Of a stretch of DNA of 64,000 nucleotides, positions 9,591-22,149 are shown piece by piece. The translations under genes and the position numbers were made by a program. The stretch's first letter is position 1; each line of letters begins with the position of its first letter. The DNA comes from Paraphysomonas bandaiensis. Taxonomy: Eukaryota; Protista; Chrysophyceae. Under the pieces are notes generated by a model. It was not told where the DNA came from and did no database searches. It saw nothing but the letters and a program-made list of their open reading frames with translations. The stretch covers positions 372,001 to 436,000 of the forward strand of contig CBFFRP010000123.1 of the NCBI GenBank assembly GCA_965644295.1. The letters run 5' to 3'.

Positions 9591-11427
9591 CTAGAAAGGG
9601 TTATCATCATCTGAGCCTTCCTCATCAGAGTCATTGTTGTTTCCTTCTGCTGTTGGATCCTCAGCTATGACAAGGAACCCTTCTTTAAAGAGAGCCTCAG
9701 CTACGGCAACTTTATCTTCTAGCTCTTCACTGGGGTGGGGGAGGTCAAGTACAGCGACAGGGGTCGGGTATGCATCCAGAAGCATTTCAATCGCAGGTCC
9801 ATCATCTAGCTCAAACTCCAGTGGATTGATAGGGGATCCGTACATCTCTCTGATTGCAAAGCAGATGTTACAAGGCAAATACAATAGCACGGTACTCCAT
9901 TCAGGATTTTACATGTTTTCACCTTGAGTTATCCATGCAATGGTAAACAACTACCATCCCGTCCTCTACTAACGCTCTTGCAATGCCAGGGCGGAGCATT
10001 CGGAGCTTAGTGTATGGATGTACAGCTGGCCCGGAAGAGGGGGCAGAGGAAAGTTGCTCCTCCTTCGCACTCAAAGGGACAGGAAGGCGGGCGCATATGA
10101 ACCGCTTGGCATGCTATAAAAAAACTCTCGTAAAGTATCAATTATGCTTTCACCAACCACTTACCTGGTCAGCCGCGGGGTCAAGCATATCCAATGTGCT
10201 CTGAGTTATGCGGTCCAGTACTCGTTTCAGGCCCACTCGAAAGTCATGTCTCTTCTGATCATCGTCCTCCTCCGACCTCGCTACACCCATTGTGCTAATA
10301 AAACTACGCGGAAGAGCGCGCACCGCTAAAGAGGCCACATCGTTGCCCCCTCCCCGTCCATTTCCCCAAGCTTGGCTTTCTAATTGCAAGAGAGCCTGTG
10401 GAATCATCAATTCGACGATGGAGAACAGGTTGTTGGAGTGGTTGGTGGAAATTGTGAGATGAGCACAGCGACCAGCAGAGGTGGTGGCATGCGATGCTCT
10501 GGGGGCACACTCGACAACCCACCCACGGGGAACATACAAAACGCCACCTTCCTCTACCTCCACCTCCATGTGAGGTGCATTGAGGACAGAAGGGTCAGTA
10601 ATTACACGGTGCGCATCTACCTCTGGAGGCCATACAATAGTTTCCGGTTCCGACGATGTGGCCTTTCGATCAGGACACCCGTACACCTTGAACACTGCAG
10701 ACCCTTCAACTTGAACCAAGAGCTGATCCCCGTCACTCAGCTGGGGACCAAATGACTGGCATTTTGTAGAAGTGACAGTAATATCACACTTAATGGGTGC
10801 ATTGAACTCAGGTTCCAGTGCTGAGAGCAGACGCCATATGACGTCGTCGTATTTTTGTAGGTTGTGGAGTTCGAAGCCATAGTCGCTGCTGAATGCTTTC
10901 CAAACACTGTCGGAAGATACTTCAATTGAGTCCACATTGCCACTAACTGGTGGCTCGGAGTCAGAGCGTGAATGATATTTCTGGGCACCACGCTTATATT
11001 TCCCAAGAATAATGTCATCTGGATAGTGCAGTACATGCCTATTAATAGCATTCACCACACACTTTCTGTTATACACTCCATCGAAAGTAGATAATTTTTT
11101 GTCGTTCGAAATATATAAGGGTTTCTTATTCCAAAATTCACCGTAAAACTCTTGACGTGGCGTTGGGGCCAGTATGGCAGATAACACCATTGCAGCTCGC
11201 TGGTCTGAAAGGATATCATCGACCTCAACTTTATCTAAAATATCCTTAATATTCAAACCGCTAGAATCTATTGTTATATCCTCCCCATTAAGATAATCGT
11301 CAAACACCGTTAAGTGCTTTGGTGCAGATACCTCATCTGCGGCAGGGGCTTTCGAGATGTTTTGATGCTTCTCCATCTCCTTCCTTCGCCGCTTGGCAGC
11401 TCTACTCATTCCCCCACTATTTTGCAT
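9591..11427 (-). CDS. RIOX1/NO66-family JmjC (cupin_4) ribosomal oxygenase-like protein lacking Fe ligands
   Basis: FWNKKPLYI, QSFGPQLSD...VQVEGS, LYVPRGW, HLTIST and a C-terminal KRFICARLPVPL...LLDAYP...LFKEGFL domain; basic N-terminal NLS; two introns. Confidence 0.8.
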
Positions 11428-11858
11428 AATATATACGCTTAAACTCCACACAAACTAATACAATTCCCTTAATGTGACTATGGTATATGTTCAGTTAGCA
11501 ACTGCAGCAACTCCCTCTCTCTGTATTCATCAATCAGTCCAGAAGTCTTCACTGCAGTGCACTGTCTGCAGTGTCTTTCAATGGTCATCCTCCAACTGCT
11601 GCTGATTCAATACGAGCCATTCATATCATAAGCAACAGTGTTTATTGGCTACTGTAGAGTACAGTGTAGTACATCATACTACAATACACTTTTCCTGCAC
11701 ACTGCTACACTATATACAGCACTGTATACAGTACGGTATATCCTCAATCTAACTCTGAGCTGCTGCATCATTCATACATATACATATACAGCAGTAACTG
11801 CCTGTTGAAGGAAGCAGACCAGAGAACAGCATCGAATTACTTGCACTACATTGAGGTA

Positions 11859-13647
11859 ATGAATGGTATGCACGTCAGGAATAGATTGATTTTGCGCAAT
11901 CTCTCTCTTTCTAGCTGCTTCTCATTACGACCACGGAAATGCAGCACTCTACCGGTAATAACGAACGATCAGCCTAGCACTGAAACACTGGACTGTTTAA
12001 AGTATATTGATGCTAGCCCAGACCCTTTCCATTGTATTAAGTATTCTAGCGATTTACTTGAGAAAAATGGATTTAAATGTCTTGACGAATCGTCAAAGTG
12101 GAATTGTTTGGAGCCTGGAGGAAAGGTATTTCGGCTAATTCATTTTCATACAACGTTTACGCTGCATGTTTAGTATTTTTATACCAAGGGTATGTCTTCT
12201 ATGGTGGCATTTGCAGTGGGGAAGCGCTATGTACCTGGGAATGGATTCAAGATCATAGGAGGTACGATAATCTCTGAGCTCTACGTATATTTGATGTTAG
12301 ATGTGGCATGCAGCACATACTGACAGTCCAAATCTTCGAGTCAAGCCGAACGTTGAGAGGCGCAAGAACGGCGTTGTTCAAGTTAATGTGGCGTGTTACG
12401 GTGGGGGGCTATGGCACACGTGGTTTGATCGAGACCTATCCGTGTCTGGGTTGGTCATTGTGCGCCAGCCGAATGGAACTCTGAGTCAGCGACTTGCAAA
12501 AATTGACCGACGTTTGTTGCGTATATCAAATCTCTGTATCCATTTAACTGCCGCTGAGGACAGGGATGCATTCAGAGTAAACAAGGAGGATCATTTGATG
12601 CCGATTCTGTGCACGGAAGCACAATCCCAGCTTAACTCTGTGTCTAGTGGTAAGTGTTTCCGTACAGATAATGTTGGCGCATATTTAATTACTACTCCAT
12701 GCAGGGACACACTCTGTTCTCATTGAGATTTTGGCAGAATCTCTAAATTGCAACCCAGATGATGTGGCAGGATTTGATCTCTCGCTGTATGATACTCAAG
12801 CGGGAACAGTCGTAGGCGCTAATAGCGAATTCCTGGTCGCATCTAGGTTGGATAACCTTGTTAGTTGTCACACTTCCCTTTCGGCACTAGTCTCCCATTG
12901 CACATCCAGCGCCTTAACGCATGATGATGGGGTTAGTATGGTAGCTTTGTTTGATCACGAGGAGGTAGGGTCCGGAAGTGCAACGGGTGCTGGTTCTGTT
13001 CTAATGAGAGATGCACTTGAGAGAGTTCACGGGGAGCTCTGTGACCACTCCCAACATGAACTTTTGCACATATCTCGATCCAGGTGCAGCGTCTGTGCGC
13101 CCCTTTTACAATTTTGTGATTTCTATCTGATCAGGTCATTTATCATATCCGCTGATATGGCACACGCTATACACCCTAACTACTCTTCTAAGCATGACTT
13201 GCATCATGCTCCAGTCATGAATGGCGGGGTGGTGATTAAAGATAATGCCAATCAGCGGTAGGCCAGTTGCATGAAACTGCACTTATATCTTTAATGTGAA
13301 TTCGTACGTGCACAGCTACGCAACCACTGGTGTGACTCGTTTACTCGCAAGTGAAATAGCGAAGCTTGCAGATGTGCCCACGCAATCATTCATGGTGCGT
13401 AATGATTGTCCCTGTGGTAGCACTATTGGGCCCATGTGAGTATTCTGTTCATGAAAATGTCATTTGATAGTAATCGTGTCATAGTATATCTGCGAACACG
13501 GGTATTAGAGCCGTTGATTTGGGTATGGCTCAGCTCTCAATGCACAGCATTCGCGAAGTAATGGGGTGTAACGATCTCAAGCACGGATTAAATTATTTCA
13601 CCACTTTTTTCAATAGATTTAGTGATATCGATAAGAGTTTACATTGA
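11859..13647 (+). CDS. DNPEP: Aspartyl aminopeptidase (peptidase M18)
   Basis: [54 protein letters not shown] and SMHSIRE motifs; several short introns; stop TGA at 13645-13647. Confidence 0.95.
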
Positions 13648-14020
13648 TACCATTGTTTTCAATAGTACTATTACATTGTGCCAAATTTTGTGCGAAAGTA
13701 GATAATAATAATAGTACATGTTAGAATTGGACATTTCACTGACGTTGACTTTGCTCTAAACTTAAACATTAACCATGCTCTGTTGAACACAATGCACTTT
13801 CAAGTAAGAAATTATAATTATTAATCTAAACACTGCACAACATATTTATTTAACATCTGGTGAACATCTGTTCTCAGCAACACCTGTTTATCATGTGTTC
13901 ACCAATCACCCCCATATCTTATATAGTCACATTAGTAACTGAATCTACTTTCTTTGAAACTATAATCATCCGTTACACCTATGAGCTGATTTTACCTATT
14001 GCACATTATTAACGCAATTC

Positions 14021-14152
14021 TCGTAGTGTTAAGTAGTAGGACATAAGAGTTTACAGTTTACACTAATTGGTAAATGGTACATGCTTATATAGCTCGACTA
14101 GTTTGTCCATGTAGCTACTAATCAGACTTTATAATATATATTAACTCACTAC
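14021..14152 (+). mobile_element. Short 5'-truncated tail fragment of the repeat family
   Basis: TCGTAGTGTTAAGTAGTAGGA, ACTAGTTTGTC, GCTACTAATCAGACTTT and terminal CACTAC match the tails of other copies. Confidence 0.55.
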
Positions 14153-15066
14153 AACTGTACAATATATATCTCATCATACGGCAGAACTCAGCAGTAGAGG
14201 CCTTTCAATGCAAATAGACGTAGTTCAGTTACACTATCGAGTATGTGAAGAAGGGAACAAGTAATCTTGAGTGATATGTACCGTACACTACATATATAAC
14301 TACAAAAATTGTAAAAAGTGAGATATCGTATGATCGTAGGTATACTTTTTTTACTATAGTACATCACCTTTTTTTCTACAATATACTCAGATACCAGATA
14401 CTAATAATGCACTCTGAATACCTCATACTTTAAAATATGTAAGCGTACTTCGACACTACTCATAAAAAGTGCACTCGGAATATGCGCCAAGTTTAAGAGT
14501 GCTATTATTGATACACTTCGTGAAGAGGTATGTTCACATTGTGCATATTAGTATGTAGGGATGTAGGTGACGCTAAATTAGTTCCACTGTTGCATGACAA
14601 CTCTACAGATATACAGATATGCGGTGCTCGGTGCTCTCTCGCTGTTTCTATTTCAGATACTGTAAGTACATGCACCAAGACTGCATATATTTAAAATAAC
14701 TTCATAGCTTCTCGTAAAATACATATGATATGTGATATATATGAAACAACAATGACTTTGATTCGAACTCCCGATTCCTTACTCAACATACGGTACAATA
14801 CGCTGACAAGTTTGGTATGAGTGTCAATTTTTATTTATAATAGAGTATAACTTTTCAAGTTCAGGTTGCTGATCATGATGTAATGTGGCGGTACTAAAAA
14901 AGAAAATCTATCATGAATTCCTTACAAATGCTTCGATTACCACTACTTGCGATAATAGCAACAGACGGCCCTACTTATCGACATAGAACATAACTATGTT
15001 GTAAAAATACATTTTAATATGGTGTGTCATAGGTAATATGAGTTAAAATGGACACTATGTCTCAAT

Positions 15067-15670
15067 TTATTCCAGCTTCTCAAGCTCCCGCATTCTGTCC
15101 AATATAACCCTTTTACTAGTCTCTTGAACTTCGCCAGCAAGAATGTATTCATCAAGAATAGTGTACACCTACAGACACATAAACAGCAGTACCTAAGATT
15201 ACTGAGAAAGGAGTCGTTGAATCATCTACCTTGTTGAAATGAAATACGATGTCCAACTCACAAACGTTACTGAAGTACTGATCCAGAAGCTCAACGAATA
15301 AATGGATAGTTTCCATTAAAAGAAGCTCGTTGTCCGTAACATCGACACCAAATATAAAATAGAGACCGGCGTATCTACGGTATATTATTTTGAAGTTTTC
15401 ATACTATAAAACAACAAACCCTTATTAGTCCACTGCTCATGGTTTATGATAGAAATCTCTCACCTCAACGAAATTAGTGTGCTTCTTGTCTCGTGCAATA
15501 ATAGCACGATGAATATCAGATTCCATCTTTATCCTGTCAGCTTCATCTGGTGGGGTAAGGTACCACTTGGTCAGTCTTGTTTTTCCCTGACGGTTTTGAA
15601 GCAAAAAGAATCGTATCTAAAACAACAGCAGCTAAAATATTGATAGGAATCATGCAACTCAACGAACCAT
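15067..15670 (-). CDS. AP2S1: AP-2 complex sigma subunit (4 exons, first coding exon is ATG only); missed by the ORF track
   Basis: Spliced translation M|[19 protein letters not shown]...HTNFVE|[16 protein letters not shown]...[16 protein letters not shown]|[19 protein letters not shown]...LEKLE*. Confidence 0.93.
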
Positions 15671-16325
15671 GTTCAACCTTTGTGATGTCTTGATCTCTTA
15701 TGGTTTAATGATGTATGTGTTACTATATCAAGAGAGTGGGATATATTGATATGCGACAGTGTATCATAATGTTCAAGTTGCCATATGATATGCGTGTACT
15801 TGTATATCTACACACATATGACAGACAGCAGGAGCCTCCACTCTCTGCACAGTATATCGAATCTTTTTGTTCTTTCTCGATAGTTTTTGGGGTATTTTTT
15901 GTGTAAAATTCCCATATCAAGATAGGTTCATATCTTAAACAGGTACACTTTCGAAACCTGAAAATTTCGTAGTTTTTGACGAAAATCTTTCATAGAGAGC
16001 ATACACACCCAGCATACAACAGTATATGTATATACATGTACATACCACAATCGTCAATAATAAATCCACGACTAAATGATGCACAGTGATCGAAGTCGAA
16101 GAAATGCGAAGGAAGAAATACCACTTCAGTAAGTGAATTGTATGTACTCTCATTAGCATACTAATTAATATATGCATTAATATTACTGTGCATAAGAGTA
16201 TTATAGTACAGTACTGTTATTTATATACCACGTGAATCAATATATGTTTTATTAACTCTTGCTGTGGAACCCAAACAGAGTTTAGATTTGTTTATATCCC
16301 ATTACATTATTCTTAATCATTAATA

Positions 16326-19155
16326 ATGGAGGAGAAGTTGTCATTTGCTCCTGATTCTCCTTTTTTCTCTAGTCGATTACATCAGGCGGGATCAGATTTA
16401 GATCGACTAGGTGACTTTTTAAAAGTTATGGTTCGTCTGATTCGACAGTTTTGTAAGGACACTAAACAGTGTGCAAAGTCAGCTGAAGGACTTGGACTGC
16501 ATATGTGTCATGGGTTAGGGGGATCAGAGAGTCATGTACAGCTGCTACCTGTTATTAAACGATTTGGGGATATTTTCACTGAGATCGCCTCCTCTCAAGA
16601 GATATTGGCGGAGTCATTGGAGCGGACCTTTGCGCAACCATTAGAGCAGTTTTACACTCGCGACCTTGCTTCTGTACACACAATGAGACAACAATATACC
16701 AATTTACGAGATACCGGTGAGAGTGCGATTATGAAATATTTACAGAGTGATGTTGCCAATTTTGGCCGCGGTGTAAATCAGAACCAGCTCGAGCAACGAG
16801 CTTATGAGATTGTTCAGCACAAGAAACGTTTTGAAACTGTCCGCTTTGATCTAGTTAACAAAGTGAATGAGATTGAGGCGCGCAAATCCTTTGAACTTGC
16901 GGAGTCATGTGTGTCCGGTGTCTACGCGCTTCGGACCCACTTCAGATTGTGCATGGACCGCGTGCAATCGTGCGAGGCATTTATGGAGGACCTTCAGATG
17001 CGTCAGCAGAGGGAACGGGCAGAGTTTCAAGAGGCCTTGAAGCCTCTCGAGCGGCGGCGGCGGGATGTAATGACAGTACTGGATGCAATGGTAGAGCGAG
17101 TGGAAATCGCTTGTCCTCACCTTTATCCCACTGATCCAGGAAGTGGAGATCGCTCTCCTTCCCCTTCTGTCGCAGATGACTTCCCTATATCTGTTTCGTC
17201 CCCTCCTCCGTCAGCGATGTCCTCCACTGCAGCTTCTTTCCAGAGTTTGTCCCGTATGGGCGCATCATGGGGGGCCAATCTCATTGGGGGTCTCACCCGA
17301 GAGCGTAGCCCATCCGCACGAACAACCTCAGTCGATGGTCAGGCAACATCACATACTGGCAGACTTAGCGTCGGTGCTGATGGAGGACGACGTAGGGCGA
17401 CAATGTTGGGTGGACAATCTTACGGGACGGCAGAAGAGGGAGGACGGGATAGCATGTCTGCAGCAGGACAGGGAGCAAATCCATCTGTTTTTGCGGGATC
17501 CTGTGAAGATTGCGAAGTGCGGATGAAAGCACTGGACAATTCTGAACTCATGCAGCTGTATACACTTAATGCGGAGGAAGAACCAGCGGGTGTGGTCCGA
17601 CAGGTACTTTTAGTGTTTACTGCGCATTTTGAGTTGATTGTGCGAACAGGGATACTTGTGGAAGCGTAACGAGAAGCAGAAGCTGATAGAGCACTGGAAG
17701 CGGCGTTGGTTTGTGTTGGACGAGACGAAACTGTACCACCTCGTGGAAGAGGGCAATACCGATGGTAAATACCACGTGCAGGTAATGGATCTCTTTGCAG
17801 TGACCTATATAACAAAAGACTGTTGACATTGTGTGCTTCATGCAGACTGTCTGTGATCTTATGCTCGCATCTGTGCGTGAGCTGAAGTGCGACAGTGACA
17901 TGCCCTTCTGTTTCGAAATTGCATTTGCAAATGTAGAGAGCACGATGGTACAGGCAGAGGGACAGAAGGAGTATCACTTGTGGATTACCGACTTACGAAA
18001 CACAATTGAGAAGCGTCTTGTTAGTGGCGACCATGTACCTGTGATGTCAAGCAAGAAACACCCCACTCAAGTTGGTATAGATGTTTTTCAGCGCAGCAAT
18101 TCTCGCACCAGCTCAAACACTGCAGAGGTACTCCCCGGGCCTACAGCTGCTCCTGGTACCCCTGTAAGTGTGCGGCGGGCACGGCACGCACCAACTATCG
18201 CTGAAATCAGGTCAAAAAACCCACAATGTGCAGAATGTGGGCGGGAGGCACCGGAGTGGGCGTCATTGAACCTTGGATGTCTGGTGTGTATAGACTGCTC
18301 CGGGGTACACAGGGCAATGGGCGTACATATTAGTAAGATGCGTTCTCTGAACCTGGACGACCTCGACCCTGAGCAGTATGCCGCTCTATGTGCTGTTGGT
18401 ATGTTAGAACAGAGTTTGTCCCTTATCATCGAGTTTATTGTTACTTTTTATGTACAGGTAACGACTGTTGTAATAGCGTGTGGGAAGCGAACGTACCTCC
18501 TGACTGGAAACGCCTGAGTCGGATGTCTAACTATACTGACCGAGAGCGATTCATTCGTGCTAAGTACGAGCGTAAGTCTTTTCTGGATCCATTAGATGGC
18601 GACCCTACGATGGGCATGGATGATGAGACTTTACGGAAGTGGTCGGACGCCCTGGTAGAAGCATGCCAAAAAGACGATGTAACTGGTTTAATTCGAGCCT
18701 TGGCGAGGGGAGCCACTGCATGTTTCGTTCCGGCCGAGGTGGTGCTTCACCCTGACATTAAGAGAATGCCATTGCACGTAGCAGCCGCGCATGGGTCACA
18801 CATTTGCGTTGTGTTGCTAGTTGAGAACGGTGCGGATGTAATAGAAAGAGATGAGGAAGGTCGCAATCCTGCGGAGATAGCTGAGCAGCACGACCACAGA
18901 GACATTGCTCTTTTTCTCCGGAGGCGAATGGAACTAATTCGAAATGCCCCTTCTGCTGTGATACGGGCTAGTATCCCCAATAGACCGTCAATGTCAGCAC
19001 AGGATACTAATACATTGCCATCATCTCCGTCCTCCATGGACGGGAGTACGGCTGATGTCCAACGGGAGTTAAGGGGGATGGTGGTAGAGGCGCTGAGCAG
19101 TGATGAATCGTGTGAAGCAAGGAAGTCCTCTAAGACGCCATCCAAAAAGCAATAG
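16326..19155 (+). CDS. ACAP/AGD-type ArfGAP (BAR-PH-ArfGAP-ankyrin)
   Basis: N-terminal DSPFF BAR region; PH QGYLWK...WKRRWFVL; zinc finger CAEC...WASLNLGCLVCIDCSGVHRAMGVHISKMRSL; ankyrin PLHVAAAHG; 3 introns. Confidence 0.93.
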
Positions 19156-19679
19156 CACTAGTATAGATTAAAGCTACCACCCTGTAAGTATGCAAGGTTC
19201 ATATACAGAAAGATGCATAGTAGAGATTCTGGATATGCCAGTACGCTTAGATCAATATGTACTTAGAAAAGCTTGTAATTAAATGGGTTTGTATTGGGTT
19301 TATATTGTGTTCGGAAGTATTTTACCTCGTTACAAATATAGTAGTGTTGCTAGAGTGATCTCAATGTGCAGCTGTACTGTGCGGGGGATTACTAATTTTT
19401 CATATATATTATGCGGTCATGCGTCTATGTATGACAAATATTACATCTTTATAGAGCTTCTGAAAGATTTAACGCCGCCACAACAACATACAATATGATC
19501 ATTTAAAATATGGGAGTGTATCAAAATACAGATTTTATAGCAACGATCCTTTCCTCTAAATCATTTGGTATAAAAATATACCCCTTACCCTTGTAGGGAT
19601 AGAGTCTAACTTGCTAACTTGGTCTTGAGGTAGAGTGACAATATCCAATCAAAGGAATATCCAGAATGATTTCTTTATT

Positions 19680-20572
19680 TAATTTCTAGCGGGATCTATT
19701 ATACTCTTATCCCCATTTTGTCTCAAAAAATGCTTTTTTTTGACCTGATTTGGGCTCAACAGGGCGCTCATATCAGCACCGGGCAAATATAGACATTCAA
19801 CTTCAATATTCGGTTGAACAGAAGCTCACTTCTATCTTCATTATGATAATGACAGTCGAATGTACGTGATTTTATTATAGTACACAATTATAGAGAAACC
19901 ACAATCATGAGCCAAATATCAAGAGCAGATCATCTAACACTCCAGGTTATATTCCATCCTTCGACTGCTGTATATGATCACAACGATGTCAGTGCAAGTG
20001 ATCTGTCTTCATATCCAGGACTTCGAAACAACTTCAAGAATATTACAGGAGAGTTTAAGTACCATATCTGATGCTATATAGGTGGTTAGGAGTACTGGCA
20101 CCCAGTTCTTTCAGGGTTGGAGCCATATCATGCTTCTCAGGATATTGTGTGTCTCATATCATACACACATCCTTCGATAAGGTGCACTTGCAGAGGTAGA
20201 GCCTGCTGTATATAAATGTGATGATGATGCTAATTAAGGCAATAAGAAGCCTCTCTTTCATCTTCAACTGTTTACATTTATCATCACACTTACAGTATAC
20301 ATATCATTCATTTGAAACTATATGAGTTCTCATTTGTGTTATTAATTTAATCAAGGAACATCTATTTCTTAATACAGCAAGCATGCTACAAATAGCTATA
20401 CAATCTAATATTAACTTTTCAACGTCATGAGGATATAAGCTACAATTTAACCTAGGGATAAGGAGTATCGTCCCTTGTCTAAATTTTAAAACTCGGGCTT
20501 TTCGCCCTCGTTTCAAAATTTTGAGCGCGGGACGATATAGCCTCCTTATTGCCCGTGGTTAAATATAACTAT
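19680..20572 (-). mobile_element. Non-autonomous DNA element with terminal hairpin (Crypton-like), copy A
   Basis: Homologous in inverted orientation to 44770-45694 over ~800 bp. The end ATAGTTATATTTAACC is followed by a ~130-bp imperfect palindrome. A partial third copy of the arm lies near 19690-19715. Confidence 0.6.
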
Positions 20573-20836
20573 ATTGGACCTAGTCAATTGGGTATAGAAT
20601 ATAGAATAGTGAAAAAACCTACTAGTCAATGGGTTTAAAATTTAGCTTATCACCATATATACAATTAGTACACAGGTGGTACAAACTCTGCATTCAAGAA
20701 ATAATATCATAAATATTTGCGTTGAACCGATGAAATGTCTCACTCCTACACACTACTTCTGAACCAAAAATAACTGTTATCTAGGTATTAGTATTAATCT
20801 AAAATCTACTGATAAATCACAAAAATAGAGAATAAT

Positions 20837-21307
20837 GTAGTGGAAGTGAAAATAAATTACGTTGAAATGTGGCACATCAGAATTCTACCAATAATAATGC
20901 AATAGTTCTACCACTGCTATTTAACGCTACGAAGAAGCTGCTGTGCGTCACACCACAAGCATCAAGGTGCAACCACATTCGCTCTATTACTCATCAGAGC
21001 AAACGCAGTGAGCAAGCAGGATGTTGATATACTTGTTGACATCTGCTGACTTCAGAAGTTTTGAGTCCCTAAGGTGAACAGCCCGAATGGTTGACCTCAG
21101 CATGCAGCCAATTCCCCGGATGCCTGTTTATCGTCGAGAGGCCCAAAGACGTCTACACAAGTGACACTAACTATTGTCCGTTGTACCACACAAGCATGAG
21201 TGAGCAGAATATATATATTATGCGGCTCACGGTAGTTTCCCGGAGAAATATCTCCGGTATTTATCCCCCATAATACCACGAAAAGGTGCGAATCCGACTT
21301 GTTGAGG
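20837..21307 (-). mobile_element. Ribozyme-headed repeat, copy 3
   Basis: The reverse complement starts CCTCAACAAGTCGGATTCGCACC-TTTTCGT-GGT and carries the same internal hairpins and tail, ending TTCCACTAC. The HDV-like part is 21223-21307, with J4/2 mutated to CTACC. Confidence 0.85.
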
Positions 21308-21745
21308 CTAATATATCGTTTCAGATATTGAATTCATAGAGAGGAGATACGCATCGGCATTACCAACTGCCTAAAGCAGCAGACAAAATGCGAACTGAAT
21401 TAAAGGTTGAATTTTATAAAGCTGTAAGTAGTGTCGTCGGTAACTGGGTATGACAGATATGTCGGTGATGAGTTCACACAATTCGGCTTGAAGGTTATTT
21501 TCAAGTGTACAGCGTAATGAGTATTAAGTTCATGGACCAGCAGATAAGGTAACATAATATGATTTACCTAGGCTGTGATTTTGTTTCAGTTTTTGAATTC
21601 TATTTAGTGGGGAGTGGCAACTTTCACGCAGCTTCACTTGATGATTCTCACATTCCGCCTCCTCTACTGTCAATGAAAGATTATCTAAGGGTGTCTATAA
21701 CAAAGTGTTGCTTCTGTTGCACTGTTTTCTATTATAGTAGCTATA

Positions 21746-21895
21746 GTAGTGAACGTATTTTTATAGCAATAGGCGTTTAAGAGTCAGAACTAAATTAGCA
21801 TTGCAATTCTAAATAGTATTGAACTCTGCTATCCTACTATTTAACGCTACGAAAAAGCTGCTGTGCAAGCATCAAGGTGCAACCACATTCGCTCT
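21746..21895 (-). mobile_element. Tail-only fragment of the repeat, directly 3' of the tRNA
   Basis: AGAGCGAATGTGGTTGCACCTTGATGCTTG...TTCGTAGCGTTAAATAG...TAGTTCTGACTCTTAAACGCCTATTGC...TTCACTAC. Confidence 0.8.
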
Positions 21896-21903
21896 AAAAC
21901 AAA

Positions 21904-21974
21904 TGCATCAGCGGGGAATCGAACCCCGGGCTTCCGCATGACAAGAAGAAATTTTACCACTAAATCACTGATGC
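21904..21974 (-). tRNA. tRNA-Gly-type body with GTC (Asp) anticodon; probable pseudogene or SINE head
   Basis: GCATCAG/CTGATGC acceptor with A73; D arm ATTT-AGTGGTA-AAAT; anticodon arm TCTTC-TTGTCAT-GCGGA (one mismatch, one G.U); T arm CGGGG-TTCGATT-CCCCG; followed by TTTGTTTT. Confidence 0.85.
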
Positions 21975-22149
21975 TTGGTCGCTGTATATATTGGTAGCCA
22001 TAATAGGCATTCTATATAATAAATCAAATTTGCAGGTAGTTAGTATGTATCTATGGGCCCCTTGATTTGTCGCCGTTTTAGTGTGTGCCGTAGCATATAT
22101 CATATATATTGCATTCAATAGTATACACTTAGCTGAGTGAATATACTAA

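Noticed and set aside
20095-20135. SSFRVGA, resembling the tyrosine-recombinase HSFRxG motif
   Set aside because: His is absent, the frame is broken in copy B, and it differs from the better-conserved frame. Too weak to call a recombinase.
20976-21005. CTGATGAG...CGAA hammerhead-like core in copy 3
   Set aside because: GAAT instead of GAAA and no stem II. The bases form a simple hairpin and are absent from other copies.
21891-21900. GTTTTAGAGC on the minus strand right after a tRNA, like a Cas9 repeat or sgRNA scaffold start
   Set aside because: Only a 10-nt match formed by the Pol III T-run joined to the repeat tail. There is no further scaffold, array or cas gene.
21904-21974. Functional tRNA-Asp, or evidence for an altered genetic code
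   Set aside because: It has a Gly-type body and a mismatched anticodon stem. Conserved proteins here use Asp, Gly and stop codons normally.
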